Below, piece by piece: positions 1-8,930 of a stretch of DNA of 64,000 nt. Both the position numbers and the translations under genes were made by a program. The stretch is taken from assembly GCA_965261065.1 (NCBI GenBank), contig OZ253444.1, positions 4,710,381-4,774,380 of the forward strand, written 5' to 3'. The DNA comes from Bryobacterales bacterium. GTDB lineage: Bacteria > Acidobacteriota > Terriglobia > Bryobacterales > UBA6623. The notes beneath the pieces were generated by a model. The model saw only the letters and a list, made by a program, of their open reading frames with translations. It was not told the origin of the DNA and made no database searches. Numbering within the stretch: the first letter of the stretch is position 1; every line of letters starts with the position of its first letter.

Positions 1-1446
1 TCGGAAGTCGGTGTCGGCACGGTCGCCGCCGGAGTGTCGAAGGCCCACGCCGACCTGGTACTGATCAGCGGACACGATGGCGGCACCGGCGCGTCGCCAA
101 TGAGTTCGATTCGCCACGCGGGCACGCCGTGGGAATTGGGACTTTCCGAAACCCAGCAAGTGCTCGTGATGAACGACCTGCGCAGCCGCATCAAAGTGCA
201 GGTCGACGGCAAGCTGATGACCGGCCGCGACGTGGCGATCGGAGCGTTGCTCGGCGCCGAGGAGTTCGGCTTTTCGACGATGCCACTGGTATCGATGGGC
301 TGCATTATGATGCGCAAGTGCCATCTCAATACCTGCCCGGTGGGCATCGCGACGCAAGACCCCGAGCTGCGCAAGAAGTTTGAGGGCAAGCCCGAGAACG
401 TGATCAATTTCTTCTTCTTCATCGCCGAAGAACTGCGGCAGATCATGTCGGAACTGGGTTTCCGAAGGGTCGAGGAGATGGTCGGGCAGGTCGACAAGCT
501 CGACGTGAAGAAGGCAGTCGAGCACTGGAAAGCGAAAGGGCTCGACTTCAGCCGCGTTTTTTTCGATCCACCCGTCGACAAGAGCGTCCCGCGCCACTGT
601 ACGCGCGAGCAGGACCACGGCATCGATCAGCAGCTTGATAACAAGCTGATTGAGTGGAGCCAGGACGCGCTCGTGCACAAGAAGCCTGTCGAGTTCAAGT
701 TGCCGATTCGCAACATCAACCGCACGGTCGGCACGATGCTGAGTGCCGAAATCGCGCGGAAGTATGGCAAGCAAGGGTTGCCCGACGACACGATCAAGAT
801 CCACTTCACCGGCTCGGCGGGACAGAGTTTCGCCGCCTGGGCGTCGAAAGGGATGACACTGACGATCGAGGGCGACGCCAACGACTACTTCGGCAAGGGG
901 CTTTCCGGCGGCCGGTTGATCATTTCCCCGCGAGATGGCTCAAATTTTGTATTCGAAGAGAACATCATCATCGGCAACGTGACGTTCTACGGCGCGACCG
1001 ACGGCGAGGCGTTCGTTAACGGCATGGCCGGCGAGCGCTTCTGTATTCGCAACAGCGGGGCGACGGTGGTGGTCGAGGGCGTGGGCGACCACGGCTGCGA
1101 GTACATGACGAACGGGCGTGCTGTGATTTTAGGCCGCGCGGGCCGCAACTTCGGGGCCGGGATGAGCGGTGGTTTCGCGTACGTGCTCGACGAGGCGGGC
1201 GACTTCGCCGAGAAGGCGTGCAATCACTCGATGGTCGATCTGGACCCGCTCGATGATCCGAAGGACATTGCGTTCGTGAAGGGCCTAATCGAGCGGCACG
1301 TCGAGTACACCAAGAGTCCAAAGGGCCAGTGGGTGCTCGAGAATTGGGAGTCGATGTTGCCCAAGTTCATCAAGGTGTTCCCGAAGGAGTTGAAACGGGC
1401 CCTGGCCGACCGCTACGAGGCGGAAAGGTCGTTGGTGTCGGCGTAG
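1..1446 (+). CDS. gltB: glutamate synthase large subunit, C-terminal portion (5' end outside the window)
   Basis: The frame is open from nt 1; the track ORF 34..1446 only begins at an internal GTG. It shows the FMN-domain motif [15 protein letters not shown]. It also shows the C-terminal GXGXG beta-helix domain ([54 protein letters not shown]). gltD follows 4 nt later. Confidence 0.9.
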   Translation, partial: SEVGVGTVAAGVSKAHADLVLISGHDGGTGASPMSSIRHAGTPWELGLSETQQVLVMNDLRSRIKVQVDGKLMTGRDVAIGALLGAEEFGFSTMPLVSMGCIMMRKCHLNTCPVGIATQDPELRKKFEGKPENVINFFFFIAEELRQIMSELGFRRVEEMVGQVDKLDVKKAVEHWKAKGLDFSRVFFDPPVDKSVPRHCTREQDHGIDQQLDNKLIEWSQDALVHKKPVEFKLPIRNINRTVGTMLSAEIARKYGKQGLPDDTIKIHFTGSAGQSFAAWASKGMTLTIEGDANDYFGKGLSGGRLIISPRDGSNFVFEENIIIGNVTFYGATDGEAFVNGMAGERFCIRNSGATVVVEGVGDHGCEYMTNGRAVILGRAGRNFGAGMSGGFAYVLDEAGDFAEKACNHSMVDLDPLDDPKDIAFVKGLIERHVEYTKSPKGQWVLENWESMLPKFIKVFPKELKRALADRYEAERSLVSA

Positions 1447-1450
1447 GTGT

Positions 1451-2914
1451 ATGGGCAAGGTAACCGGATTCATGGAATACACACGGGAGGCCCCCAAGGG
1501 CCGTCCTGTGGAGGAGCGCATCAAAGACTACCGGGAAATCTACGTTCCGACCCCCGAGGAGACCCTCAAAGTCCAGGGCGCGCGCTGCATGGACTGCGGC
1601 ATCCCCTTCTGCCATACCGGCTGCCCGCTCAACAACATCATTCCCGACTGGAACGATCTCGTCTACCAAGACCGCTGGCAGGATGCGCTGCGCCAACTGC
1701 ACTCGACCAATAACTTCCCCGAGTTCACCGGACGTATCTGCCCCGCCCCCTGCGAGGCCGCCTGCGTACTCGGCATCAACGACGACCCGGTCACCATCAA
1801 AGAGATCGAAAAGGCGATCGCCGACCGCGGCTGGGCCGAAGGCTGGACGGTCCCCGAACCGCCCTCCACCCGCAGCGGCAAGAAGGTGGCCGTGATCGGT
1901 TCCGGGCCGGCCGGCATGGCGGCCGCACAGCAACTCAACCGCGCCGGCCACCAGGTCACCGTGTACGAGAAGAACGAGGTCATCGGCGGCCTGATGGCGC
2001 TCGGCATCCCCGACTTCAAGATGGAAAAGCACCTGGTCGAGCGGCGCGTCGAGCAAATGCAAGCAGAGGGCGTCACCTTCAAGACAGGAACGCACATCGG
2101 TGTCGACATCGACGCTAAGGACCTGAAAGACGAATACGACGCACTCTTGATTGCGACCGGCGCCGAGAAACCGCGCGACCTGCCCATCCCCGGACGCGAC
2201 CTCGAAGGCGTCTACTTCGCCATGCAATTCCTGCCGCAGCAGAACCGCCGCCTCGGCGGCCGGCCGGTCGAGGCCGGCTTCGACATCACCGCCAAGGACA
2301 AGCATGTCATCATCATCGGCGGCGGCGACACGGGCGCCGATTGTCTGGGAACGTCACGCCGACAAGGGGCGAAGTCAATCCGCCAGTTCGAGCTGCTACC
2401 CAAGCCGCCCCTGACACGCGACGAACCCGGAGCGCAGCCCTGGCCGCTATGGCCGTTCACCTTCCAGGCCGAAAGCTCTCACCAGGAGGGCGACGTCCGC
2501 GACTGGGCGGTCAACACCAACGAATTCATCGGCGAGAACGGCCACGTCCGCGCCTTGCGGGGCATCCGGCTCGAGTGGCCCAATCCCGATCCCGAAACGG
2601 GCAAACGTCCTTTCAAGTATGATAAAATCCGGGGCTCCGAGTTCGAGTTTGAAGCCGACCTCGTCCTACTGGCGATGGGCTTCGAATGCCCGGTGCAAGA
2701 AGGCCTGCTGGAACAATTTGCCGTCGACAAAGACCCGCGCGGCCATGTGAAGGCTGAATACGGCGAGCACGCCACGTCGATCCGGGGCGTGTACGCGGCC
2801 GGCGACGCGCGCCGCGGCCAATCGCTCGTGGTCTGGGCCTTAGCGGAGGGTCGCAAAGCCGCCCGTGCCATCGACCTCTTCTTGATGGGCGAGAGTAGCC
2901 TGCCTGAGCACTGA
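1451..2914 (+). CDS. gltD: glutamate synthase small subunit (NADPH-dependent)
   Basis: 487 aa. Fe-S Cys clusters are present ([23 protein letters not shown]). Two dinucleotide-binding motifs are present ([25 protein letters not shown]). It lies directly downstream of gltB. Confidence 0.9.
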   Translation: MGKVTGFMEYTREAPKGRPVEERIKDYREIYVPTPEETLKVQGARCMDCGIPFCHTGCPLNNIIPDWNDLVYQDRWQDALRQLHSTNNFPEFTGRICPAPCEAACVLGINDDPVTIKEIEKAIADRGWAEGWTVPEPPSTRSGKKVAVIGSGPAGMAAAQQLNRAGHQVTVYEKNEVIGGLMALGIPDFKMEKHLVERRVEQMQAEGVTFKTGTHIGVDIDAKDLKDEYDALLIATGAEKPRDLPIPGRDLEGVYFAMQFLPQQNRRLGGRPVEAGFDITAKDKHVIIIGGGDTGADCLGTSRRQGAKSIRQFELLPKPPLTRDEPGAQPWPLWPFTFQAESSHQEGDVRDWAVNTNEFIGENGHVRALRGIRLEWPNPDPETGKRPFKYDKIRGSEFEFEADLVLLAMGFECPVQEGLLEQFAVDKDPRGHVKAEYGEHATSIRGVYAAGDARRGQSLVVWALAEGRKAARAIDLFLMGESSLPEH

Positions 2915-2946
2915 CAGCAACCACCGAGGGAGCCTATTCGACGGGC

Positions 2947-3297
2947 CTAGGCCGGTGGACGGCCATTGGAGGCGTTGTGCTGTAGGGTGTCGATCAGGCG
3001 GTTGAGCTTCTTGTCGGTGGCCTGCTGCGCTTCCGCCAGGCGGCTAAGCCGTTCTTCCGTCACCTGCTGCGCATGGGTGAGGCGCCCTTGTGCCTCTACC
3101 ACCTGCTCCAAACCATCCGCTATCGCTTTGATCTGACGGTCATGGCCGGCGATCCGACGGTCATGGCCCGCGATCCGACGGTCGTGGCCGGCGAGCAGCT
3201 TCATGCCGGCTTCGATCATGTTGAAGATTGCATCCTGGCGGACACTCATCGCCGCTTGCTGCTCGAGGATGAACTCCGTGGTCTTCTCGGGGTCCAT
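2947..3297 (-). CDS. hypothetical small helical protein containing an AGHDRRI x3 heptad repeat
   Basis: 116-aa ORF with helical/coiled-coil-like composition (LSRLAEAQQATDKKLNRLIDTL). No family was recognised. The 21-bp tandem repeat lies inside it. Confidence 0.4.
   Translation of the reverse strand: MDPEKTTEFILEQQAAMSVRQDAIFNMIEAGMKLLAGHDRRIAGHDRRIAGHDRQIKAIADGLEQVVEAQGRLTHAQQVTEERLSRLAEAQQATDKKLNRLIDTLQHNASNGRPPA
3130..3192. repeat. 3 x 21-bp tandem repeat (gatc[t/c]gacggtc[a/g]tggcc[g/c]gc)
   Basis: Units at 3130-3150, 3151-3171 and 3172-3192 differ by 1-2 nt. They are in frame and encode AGHDR(R/Q)I x3 on the minus strand. Confidence 0.9.
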
Positions 3298-3353
3298 GCC
3301 TGCATCTTAACTTGCAGTAGGAAGGATCACAAGCGTGGCGCACTCTGTGTGCG

Positions 3354-3905
3354 CTACCGCACCAGCACGACTTCAGCCAAGTCCCGGTCCAAGTGGACGC
3401 AGTAGCGGCCGTCTCGGGGGTGAATCCACAGGCCTTGTTCCGGCCCCACGTTAGGGAACGCGGAGGGGTGATCGTAGAGACGGCCACCCACATCGTCGAC
3501 CTCGGGGCTCAGCGGTCCGACGTGGATGTGAGCGTGGCACTGGGTGCGGAAGAAGTATCCGTTGGCGGCGAGTCCCCAGCGGTCGGGGTATAGCTCTTTG
3601 GCCCTCCCGATGGCCGCCTCCCAATAGCGAATGCGCGACTCGCCGGGCAGTGAGCCGTGCGTCTGCAACCCCCGGCGGTGGGCCTTGGGGAGCGCAAGAT
3701 GCCGATTGGGCTTATGAGGGTTGATGTCTTTGAGGAAGTAAAACTCGGTGGTCTGCTCTTCGGCGGTTCGGCAGAGGCCACAGACGCGTGCCTTGAGTGT
3801 CTCCGGCCGGGCGTGATCGCAGGGGCAATCGACCACCGGAGGCGCGAAGCTCCAGAGCCACAAGGTAGCGCCCAACATGCCGACAACGAGAGCCAACCGC
3901 TTCAT
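3354..3905 (-). CDS. HIT (histidine triad)-like protein with N-terminal signal-like segment
   Basis: 183 aa. The N-terminus is hydrophobic (MKRLALVVGMLGATLWLW). A histidine-triad-like motif QCHAHIHVGP lies near the C-terminal third. Confidence 0.55.
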   Translation of the reverse strand: MKRLALVVGMLGATLWLWSFAPPVVDCPCDHARPETLKARVCGLCRTAEEQTTEFYFLKDINPHKPNRHLALPKAHRRGLQTHGSLPGESRIRYWEAAIGRAKELYPDRWGLAANGYFFRTQCHAHIHVGPLSPEVDDVGGRLYDHPSAFPNVGPEQGLWIHPRDGRYCVHLDRDLAEVVLVR

Positions 3906-3950
3906 GAAGTCGAATTATAGCGGGGTCTCCGTGACCCGCTCCCGAGCAGG

Positions 3951-5090
3951 CTAGCTGTTGCCGGGCCCGGCGGGTACGTCTTCGAGAATCTCGTTTGCTT
4001 GCCGCAGCAGAAACGTGTCGGTCATGCCGGCCAGGTAATCGCACACGACCCGATGCAGCGGGTCCCGCTCGGCCTGGTCGCGATAGGACGCCGGGAGCCT
4101 TTCCGGGCGGCGCATGAAGGCCTCAAACAACGACGAGAGATTCTCGCCCGTGCTTTCCCGCACGCCGGACAGCAGCGGTGAGTCATACACCTCTCGGGAC
4201 AAGAGACGCCCCAATGCCTCCGACGCTTCCGCGGCTGCCGGCGTCAGCTTCGCTAGGCGTTCCTTGTACTGGCGCACGTCATCGACCGAAGACACGCCCG
4301 CTTCCCGGGTCGCCTCCCGGGTGCCGTCGATCAGGGCTGAAACAAGGGTATTGAGCAGACGGCGGTGCGCTTCGTTGAAGATCTGCCGAGCCGGTGCCCG
4401 TGGGAAGTCCCGTTCGGCTTCCCGCATGGCCCGGTCGAACAACTCCACCTCCCGCCTCAGCAGCGAGATGTCGAGTATCCCGGCGTCAACGGAGTCATCA
4501 AGGTCGGCGGAGTTGTAGGTCACCTCGTCGGCGAGGTCGATCAACTGGGCTTCGAGAGGCGGCTTGCGGTCGAGCAGGTACTCCGCAAGGCTGGGATGCT
4601 CGGCCTCGCTGTAGTCGCGCGAATGCTTGACGATGCCCTCCCGCACCTCGAATGTCAGATTGAGGCCGGGAAACGCCGGGTAGCGCTGTTCGAAGGTTTC
4701 GACGATCCGAAGGGCGTGCAGGTTGTGGTCGAAGCTCTCGCCATGGCGCCGCATCTCGCGATCGAGAACTTCCTCGCCGGCGTGCCCAAACGGCGGATGA
4801 CCGATGTCGTGGGACAAGGCCAGTGCCTCGACCAGGTCTTCGTTCAGTCCCAGCGCGCCTGCCACGGTACGGGCGATCTGCGACACCTCGATGGTGTGCG
4901 TGAGACGGTTTCGCGAATGGTCGGAGTCGGGGGCCGTGAATACTTGCGTCTTGTGCTCGAGCCGGCGGAAGGCCCGGCAGTGGATCACGCGGTCGCGGTC
5001 ACGTTGATAGATGTTGCGGTATGGATGGGGAGGCTCGGGGTAGCGGCGTCCACGGCTGTCGGCGGGCGAAAATCGCAATTCGGCCGGCAT
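3951..5090 (-). CDS. dGTPase-like deoxynucleoside triphosphate triphosphohydrolase (HD domain)
   Basis: 379 aa. Contains RDRDRVIHCRAFRRLEHKTQVF, RLTHTIEVSQIAR and HDIGHPPFGHAGE, the classic HD-domain dGTPase-family motifs. Confidence 0.85.
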   Translation of the reverse strand: MPAELRFSPADSRGRRYPEPPHPYRNIYQRDRDRVIHCRAFRRLEHKTQVFTAPDSDHSRNRLTHTIEVSQIARTVAGALGLNEDLVEALALSHDIGHPPFGHAGEEVLDREMRRHGESFDHNLHALRIVETFEQRYPAFPGLNLTFEVREGIVKHSRDYSEAEHPSLAEYLLDRKPPLEAQLIDLADEVTYNSADLDDSVDAGILDISLLRREVELFDRAMREAERDFPRAPARQIFNEAHRRLLNTLVSALIDGTREATREAGVSSVDDVRQYKERLAKLTPAAAEASEALGRLLSREVYDSPLLSGVRESTGENLSSLFEAFMRRPERLPASYRDQAERDPLHRVVCDYLAGMTDTFLLRQANEILEDVPAGPGNS

Positions 5091-5128
5091 CGGGAGTCCG
5101 GGTCAGGCCGCGCTCAAGGAGGCGCCTG

Positions 5129-5863
5129 CTAAGGGGTCGGCGCAGCGGTGGCACGCATCTGTTCTTGCTGGACCACGGCTAGTGCCCGAGCCGCTTGTTC
5201 CGCCCCGGCTCCACCACCCTCCTGAATCTCTCGGAGCGTCTTCGCGGCATCGTCAGGGTCGGTCTCCTTGAGGACGGTGATCAGGGCCAACTGGGCTCTT
5301 ACCTTGGGGACCATTGCCGACGGATTCTCGACCAAGTATTCGTAGTGTTTGCGCGATTCATCCAGCTTGCCTTGGTGACGCAAGAGGTCGGCCAAGCCCA
5401 TTCGGGCCAGGGCCCCAAGATCTTTGTTTGAGTCGTCGATCAGTGCCTCCAGCTTCGTCCGGCCCTCGTCGTACTCACCCATTTCGAGATCGAACATCGC
5501 GCGATACAACTCGGCGGCCCGTCCCTCGAAGCGGCCGGAGTGATCATTGATCACCTTTTCCAGCGCCTCCGTGGTACGCATCTCCTTCTCGATCGAAGTC
5601 GCGAAGGTCACCTGGCCCTCCTTCTGGTCGAGGGCAACAGTGCCATGAAACACGTTCATCGAGTCTTGGAAGGCGCGCCTGGCAGCGGCCGCTTGTTGTG
5701 CGCGGTAGCGATAGAAGCCCGACCCGCCGACGATCGCCACCACCAACAGCACGGCGAGTACGGTCACCTTGGTGCGATGCTGGCGAATGTAGCTGACCTG
5801 GTGGCCGACCTCTTCGGCGAACCGATCCTTCTTCAACTGCTTGCGAGTGATTCGTGTTGCCAC
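5129..5863 (-). CDS. membrane-anchored helical-repeat (TPR/YfgM-like) protein
   Basis: 244 aa. One N-terminal TM helix (VTVLAVLLVVAIVGG) is followed by an all-helical repeat-like region. The family assignment is not verified. Confidence 0.45.
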   Translation of the reverse strand: MATRITRKQLKKDRFAEEVGHQVSYIRQHRTKVTVLAVLLVVAIVGGSGFYRYRAQQAAAARRAFQDSMNVFHGTVALDQKEGQVTFATSIEKEMRTTEALEKVINDHSGRFEGRAAELYRAMFDLEMGEYDEGRTKLEALIDDSNKDLGALARMGLADLLRHQGKLDESRKHYEYLVENPSAMVPKVRAQLALITVLKETDPDDAAKTLREIQEGGGAGAEQAARALAVVQQEQMRATAAPTP

Positions 5864-6033
5864 AGTTGTTCCTGTCCGGCCCTATTTGTAGCCGACGCGC
5901 GACGCTGCGGCCGCCGTATTGGCCCGGCGCGGCGAAAACCGCTCTGTCGGGAGGTTGGCCGCCCCGAACTAAGGCGACCCGCACGTGAGATCAACCTATG
6001 CGATCATGCTAGCAATGCGGCGGAATCGTGTCA

Positions 6034-6051
6034 ATCGGTACAGGCAACCGC
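6034..6051. repeat. left copy of 18-bp direct repeat atcggtacaggcaaccgc (putative TSD of the IS1202-like element)
   Basis: An identical 18-mer recurs at 7649-7666, immediately outside the two inverted ends of the element. Confidence 0.7.
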
Positions 6052-7648
6052 TGTCAACGCCCAATAGAAATGTCCCCCTCGGTAGCTCGATAGAAGTGTC
6101 CCCTTGTGTTTCTTGTTCGTAGGAGAGATATCGTCGTCGTCGGGGCTGTGGAACTGTGGGAATCGCGTAGCGATTTCCAAGGGGCGGTGGGAAGGGTGGA
6201 AAACCATCCACCGCTCCTCGAACCCGGTACTGCTGCCTCGAGAGATTTTCCACGCTTTCCATCCGACCCGGCATTTCCACAGCCCTCTTATGTATTCGCA
6301 GCCCGTTTTTTCAGTAACACAGCTCGCCGCCAGGGGTGGTTCGCCGCCGGCTTGCGCCCGCCCCCCGGACGCTGCTGTGGTGCTGGCTTCGTCCGCAGCT
6401 GTGGCGTCGGCGTGGCGATCACGTCGTGCTCGATCTCGTGCCCGTCAAACCTCACCTGCAAGCTCTCATCGCGCCACTGTTGGACCGTCACCCGTGCCCC
6501 CGCCCCCACGCCCTGGTTGCGTTTCGGCTTCAACTGCAAACAACGATTCTCGAAACGCACCACCCGGTCGTTGCTCACCACGCGTTCGTACTCGCAACAG
6601 AACACCCCTCGCAGCTCGGTGCCGCGGGGGAGCGCCTGGTGAAAGTCCGCTGCCGCCGCCGGCTCACAGGCGAAGCGCTCGTTGTGCTCGGCCAGGTACT
6701 CCTCGTCGAGATAACGGTTCGCCGCCTCGTACTCGACGATCCCGCGCAGCCGCATCTTCTTGATCAGGCGGTCTTGGTGCGTGCCGTGATGGCGCTCCAC
6801 TCGGCCCTTGGCTTGCGGCGAGGAAGCCGCCATGATCGTAATGCCGAGCTTGGCACACATGCGCCCGAACTGCGTCTCGGGCTTGATGCCTGCCAGCGCT
6901 TCCCGCGACGTCGGCTGGCGCTGGTAGACGTTTTTCCAGTCGCAGTACAACGCCTTGGGAACGCCGTGTTGACGTACCCAGGCTGCGAGCAGATCGGCCG
7001 CGGCCCAGGTCGTTTCCTGGTCCGAGAAACGGCACAGCGCCACACCGGTCGCGTCATCGACGAAGTTCATCAGACAGGCTTTCGGGCCGCGTTCTTCCAG
7101 CCAGTGGTGGTGCGAACCGTCGAGTTGAATCAGCTCGCCGAAGTGCGCTTTGCGTTGGCGCCGGGTGCGATGCGGTTGGCGCTTGCGACGGCGGCTCCAC
7201 AGACCCGCGGCGAGCATCCAGCGCCGCAGTGTTTCGCGCGGCACTTCCAGGCCGTGGTCGGCTGCCAGATGTTCCGACGCCAGCGTCGGCCCGAAGCGCT
7301 CGTGCCCCTCGCCCGCATAGTTCTCGCGCACCAACTCGAGAACCTGCTGGCGTCGCTTCTGATCGGCTCGGTTCGAAGCACGGCCGACGTTACCGTGCAC
7401 CAAAGCCTTGGCCCCGCCCGCACGGTAACGCTTCTTCAGACGCTTCGCATGGCGGTAGCTGACCTCCAGCAGCTCGGCGGCTGCGGTCAACTTCAGTTCC
7501 CCTCGTTTCACTCGGCTCAGCACTTCGCCGCGCCTCAACTCCTTGGCACTCATCCATGTCCTTCCCACTCTCGGCTCCTCCTTCGGAGCCTCAGAGTAGG
7601 GGACATTTCTATTGGGCGCTCAAGGGGACATTATCATTGGGCTTCAAC
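6052..7648 (-). mobile_element. IS1202/ISNCY-like insertion sequence (~1.6 kb)
   Basis: Single rve-type transposase ORF. The ends carry duplicated ~15-bp motifs in inverted orientation. The left end has cccaatagaaatgtcccc at 6060-6077 and gatagaagtgtcccc at 6089-6103. The right end has ggggacatttctattggg at 7599-7616 and ggggacattatcattggg at 7624-7641. An 18-bp direct repeat flanks the element. Confidence 0.7.
6288..7568 (-). CDS. transposase, HTH + integrase-core (rve/DDE) type, IS1202/ISNCY-like
   Basis: 426 aa. N-terminal HTH (LKLTAAAELLEVSYRHAKRLKKRYRAGG). The central region has DDE-integrase-like blocks (LIQLDGSHHHWLE, CLMNFVDDATG, LYCDWKNVY, SPQAKGRVERHHGTHQDRL). Confidence 0.75.
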   Translation of the reverse strand: MGRTWMSAKELRRGEVLSRVKRGELKLTAAAELLEVSYRHAKRLKKRYRAGGAKALVHGNVGRASNRADQKRRQQVLELVRENYAGEGHERFGPTLASEHLAADHGLEVPRETLRRWMLAAGLWSRRRKRQPHRTRRQRKAHFGELIQLDGSHHHWLEERGPKACLMNFVDDATGVALCRFSDQETTWAAADLLAAWVRQHGVPKALYCDWKNVYQRQPTSREALAGIKPETQFGRMCAKLGITIMAASSPQAKGRVERHHGTHQDRLIKKMRLRGIVEYEAANRYLDEEYLAEHNERFACEPAAAADFHQALPRGTELRGVFCCEYERVVSNDRVVRFENRCLQLKPKRNQGVGAGARVTVQQWRDESLQVRFDGHEIEHDVIATPTPQLRTKPAPQQRPGGGRKPAANHPWRRAVLLKKRAANT

Positions 7649-7666
7649 ATCGGTACAGGCAACCGC
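7649..7666. repeat. right copy of 18-bp direct repeat atcggtacaggcaaccgc
   Basis: Identical to 6034-6051. Confidence 0.7.
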
Positions 7667-7684
7667 CCACGCCGGAGAGTACTA

Positions 7685-8778
7685 TTGAGTCCCGCATAAT
7701 ATCCCGTCACTAGAAGCAAAGAGAAGACTGTTTCCAGAAGGCCGTGATCAAACGCGGTTTGCGGTGCATGCGGCGGAGTGCCTTGCGGGCCCGCTCGTTC
7801 AGCTCGCCGTAGTCCTTCGGACAGACGTTCGGCAACTTGTGCTGCTTCCAGTAAGCCCAGATGTATTCCACCGGATTCAACTCCGGCGCATAGGGTGGCA
7901 AGTACTCGGTTGCGATGTGGCCTTCGGAGAGTTGGATGAACTCTTGCACCAGGCGGCTACGGTGCGCAGGCAGCCGGTCCCAGACGATCAGCAGCGGCCG
8001 ATCGATATGACGTACCAACGCCTTGAGAAAGTCGATCACTTGCTCTTTGCCGATCGCACCGGGATAGAGCCGAAAGTAGAAGTTACGCAGCGTCAGCCCC
8101 GCCGAGACGGAAAGCTTCTCCCAATTGAAGTTAAACTGCAGCACCGGTGTTTGGCCGCGTGGCGCCCAGGTGCGGCAGCGATGCGGCTTCTGACTCAATC
8201 CGCTTTCGTCGATGAAGACGAGCGTACGATCTTCGTTTTGGGCTTTTTTTTAATGCGCGTCCAGGTCTTGCGCTTCCAGGTGCGGATCTGCTCTTCGTTG
8301 CGCTCGCGCGCCTTTCCGACCGGGCGTTGCGGGCTCCAGTCGAGCGCTCGCAGGATCTTCCAGACGTGGCCTTCGTGGTAGTCGACCCCGAACTCGTCTC
8401 CGATCAGCCGAGCCACCCGCGGACAGCTCCACAGGGGCGTGGGGAAGCCGTGGGCTTGCGGGCCTTCCAGCAACAGCGACGTCAGGCGTTCGCATTGTGC
8501 GGCATCGAGGAGCGGCTTGCGTCCGGCGCGCCCGGCCTGGCGGAGTCCGGCCGCACCCTGCTCGCGGTATTGCCGCCGCCACGCACTGACGGTTTGGCGA
8601 GCGACTTTCAGCCGTCTTGCCGTCTCGGACTGATTGTGGCCTTGGTCGAGCAGCCGCATCGCTTCGAAACGGCGCTTCTCCAGGGCCTTGAAATCCCGCT
8701 TCACACCTTTGGGGTTGCCCATACATATATAGATGCTCCAAACTATCAAAAAGTGTCATAATAATTTGCGGGATTCAA
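7685..8778 (-). mobile_element. IS630-family insertion sequence, copy 1 (1094 bp) with TA target duplication
   Basis: Imperfect terminal inverted repeats (IRs): ttgagtcccgcataatat at 7685, with the inverted ttgaatcccgcaaattat ending at 8778. TA lies on both sides (7683-7684 and 8779-8780). It is nearly identical to the copy at 36037-37130. Confidence 0.9.
7710..8749 (-). CDS. IS630-family transposase, two overlapping ORFs joined by a -1 frameshift
   Basis: ORF A (8195..8749) is the HTH part. ORF B (7710..8198) is the DDE part (LLIVWDRLPAHRS, EYLPPYAPELNPVEYIWAY). The -1 frame opens exactly at the A8 run (forward T8 at 8244-8251; slippery A AAA AAG). The joined product reads WTRIKKKAQNEDRTLVFIDESGLSQKPHR, which restores the IS630-typical F.DES block. 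Confidence 0.85.
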
Positions 8779-8930
8779 TAAGTTGGTCCCGCATTCGTAG
8801 CCTGGGCTTAAGGGTTTTCAGGATACCGCCGATACTATAAACAGAGGGATTCACTCTAAGGTGAACACCTGAAATTTAAGGTAAACGCTTGGTAAATAAG
8901 CATTAGGGATGTATACTCGCTTTGACAAGG

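Noticed and set aside
1370-2305. Long ORFs antisense to, or out of frame within, confirmed genes. Examples: 1370..2305(-), 6336..7688(+), 11824..12783(+), 13724..14476(+), 18079..19278(-), 37272..38471(-), 40129..41082(+), 61021..61962(-), 61512..62000(+), 63079..63831(-).
   Set aside because: They are typical high-GC shadow ORFs. They are Arg/Pro/Ala/Gly-rich, have no recognisable motifs, and each overlaps a gene with clear family signatures in another frame.
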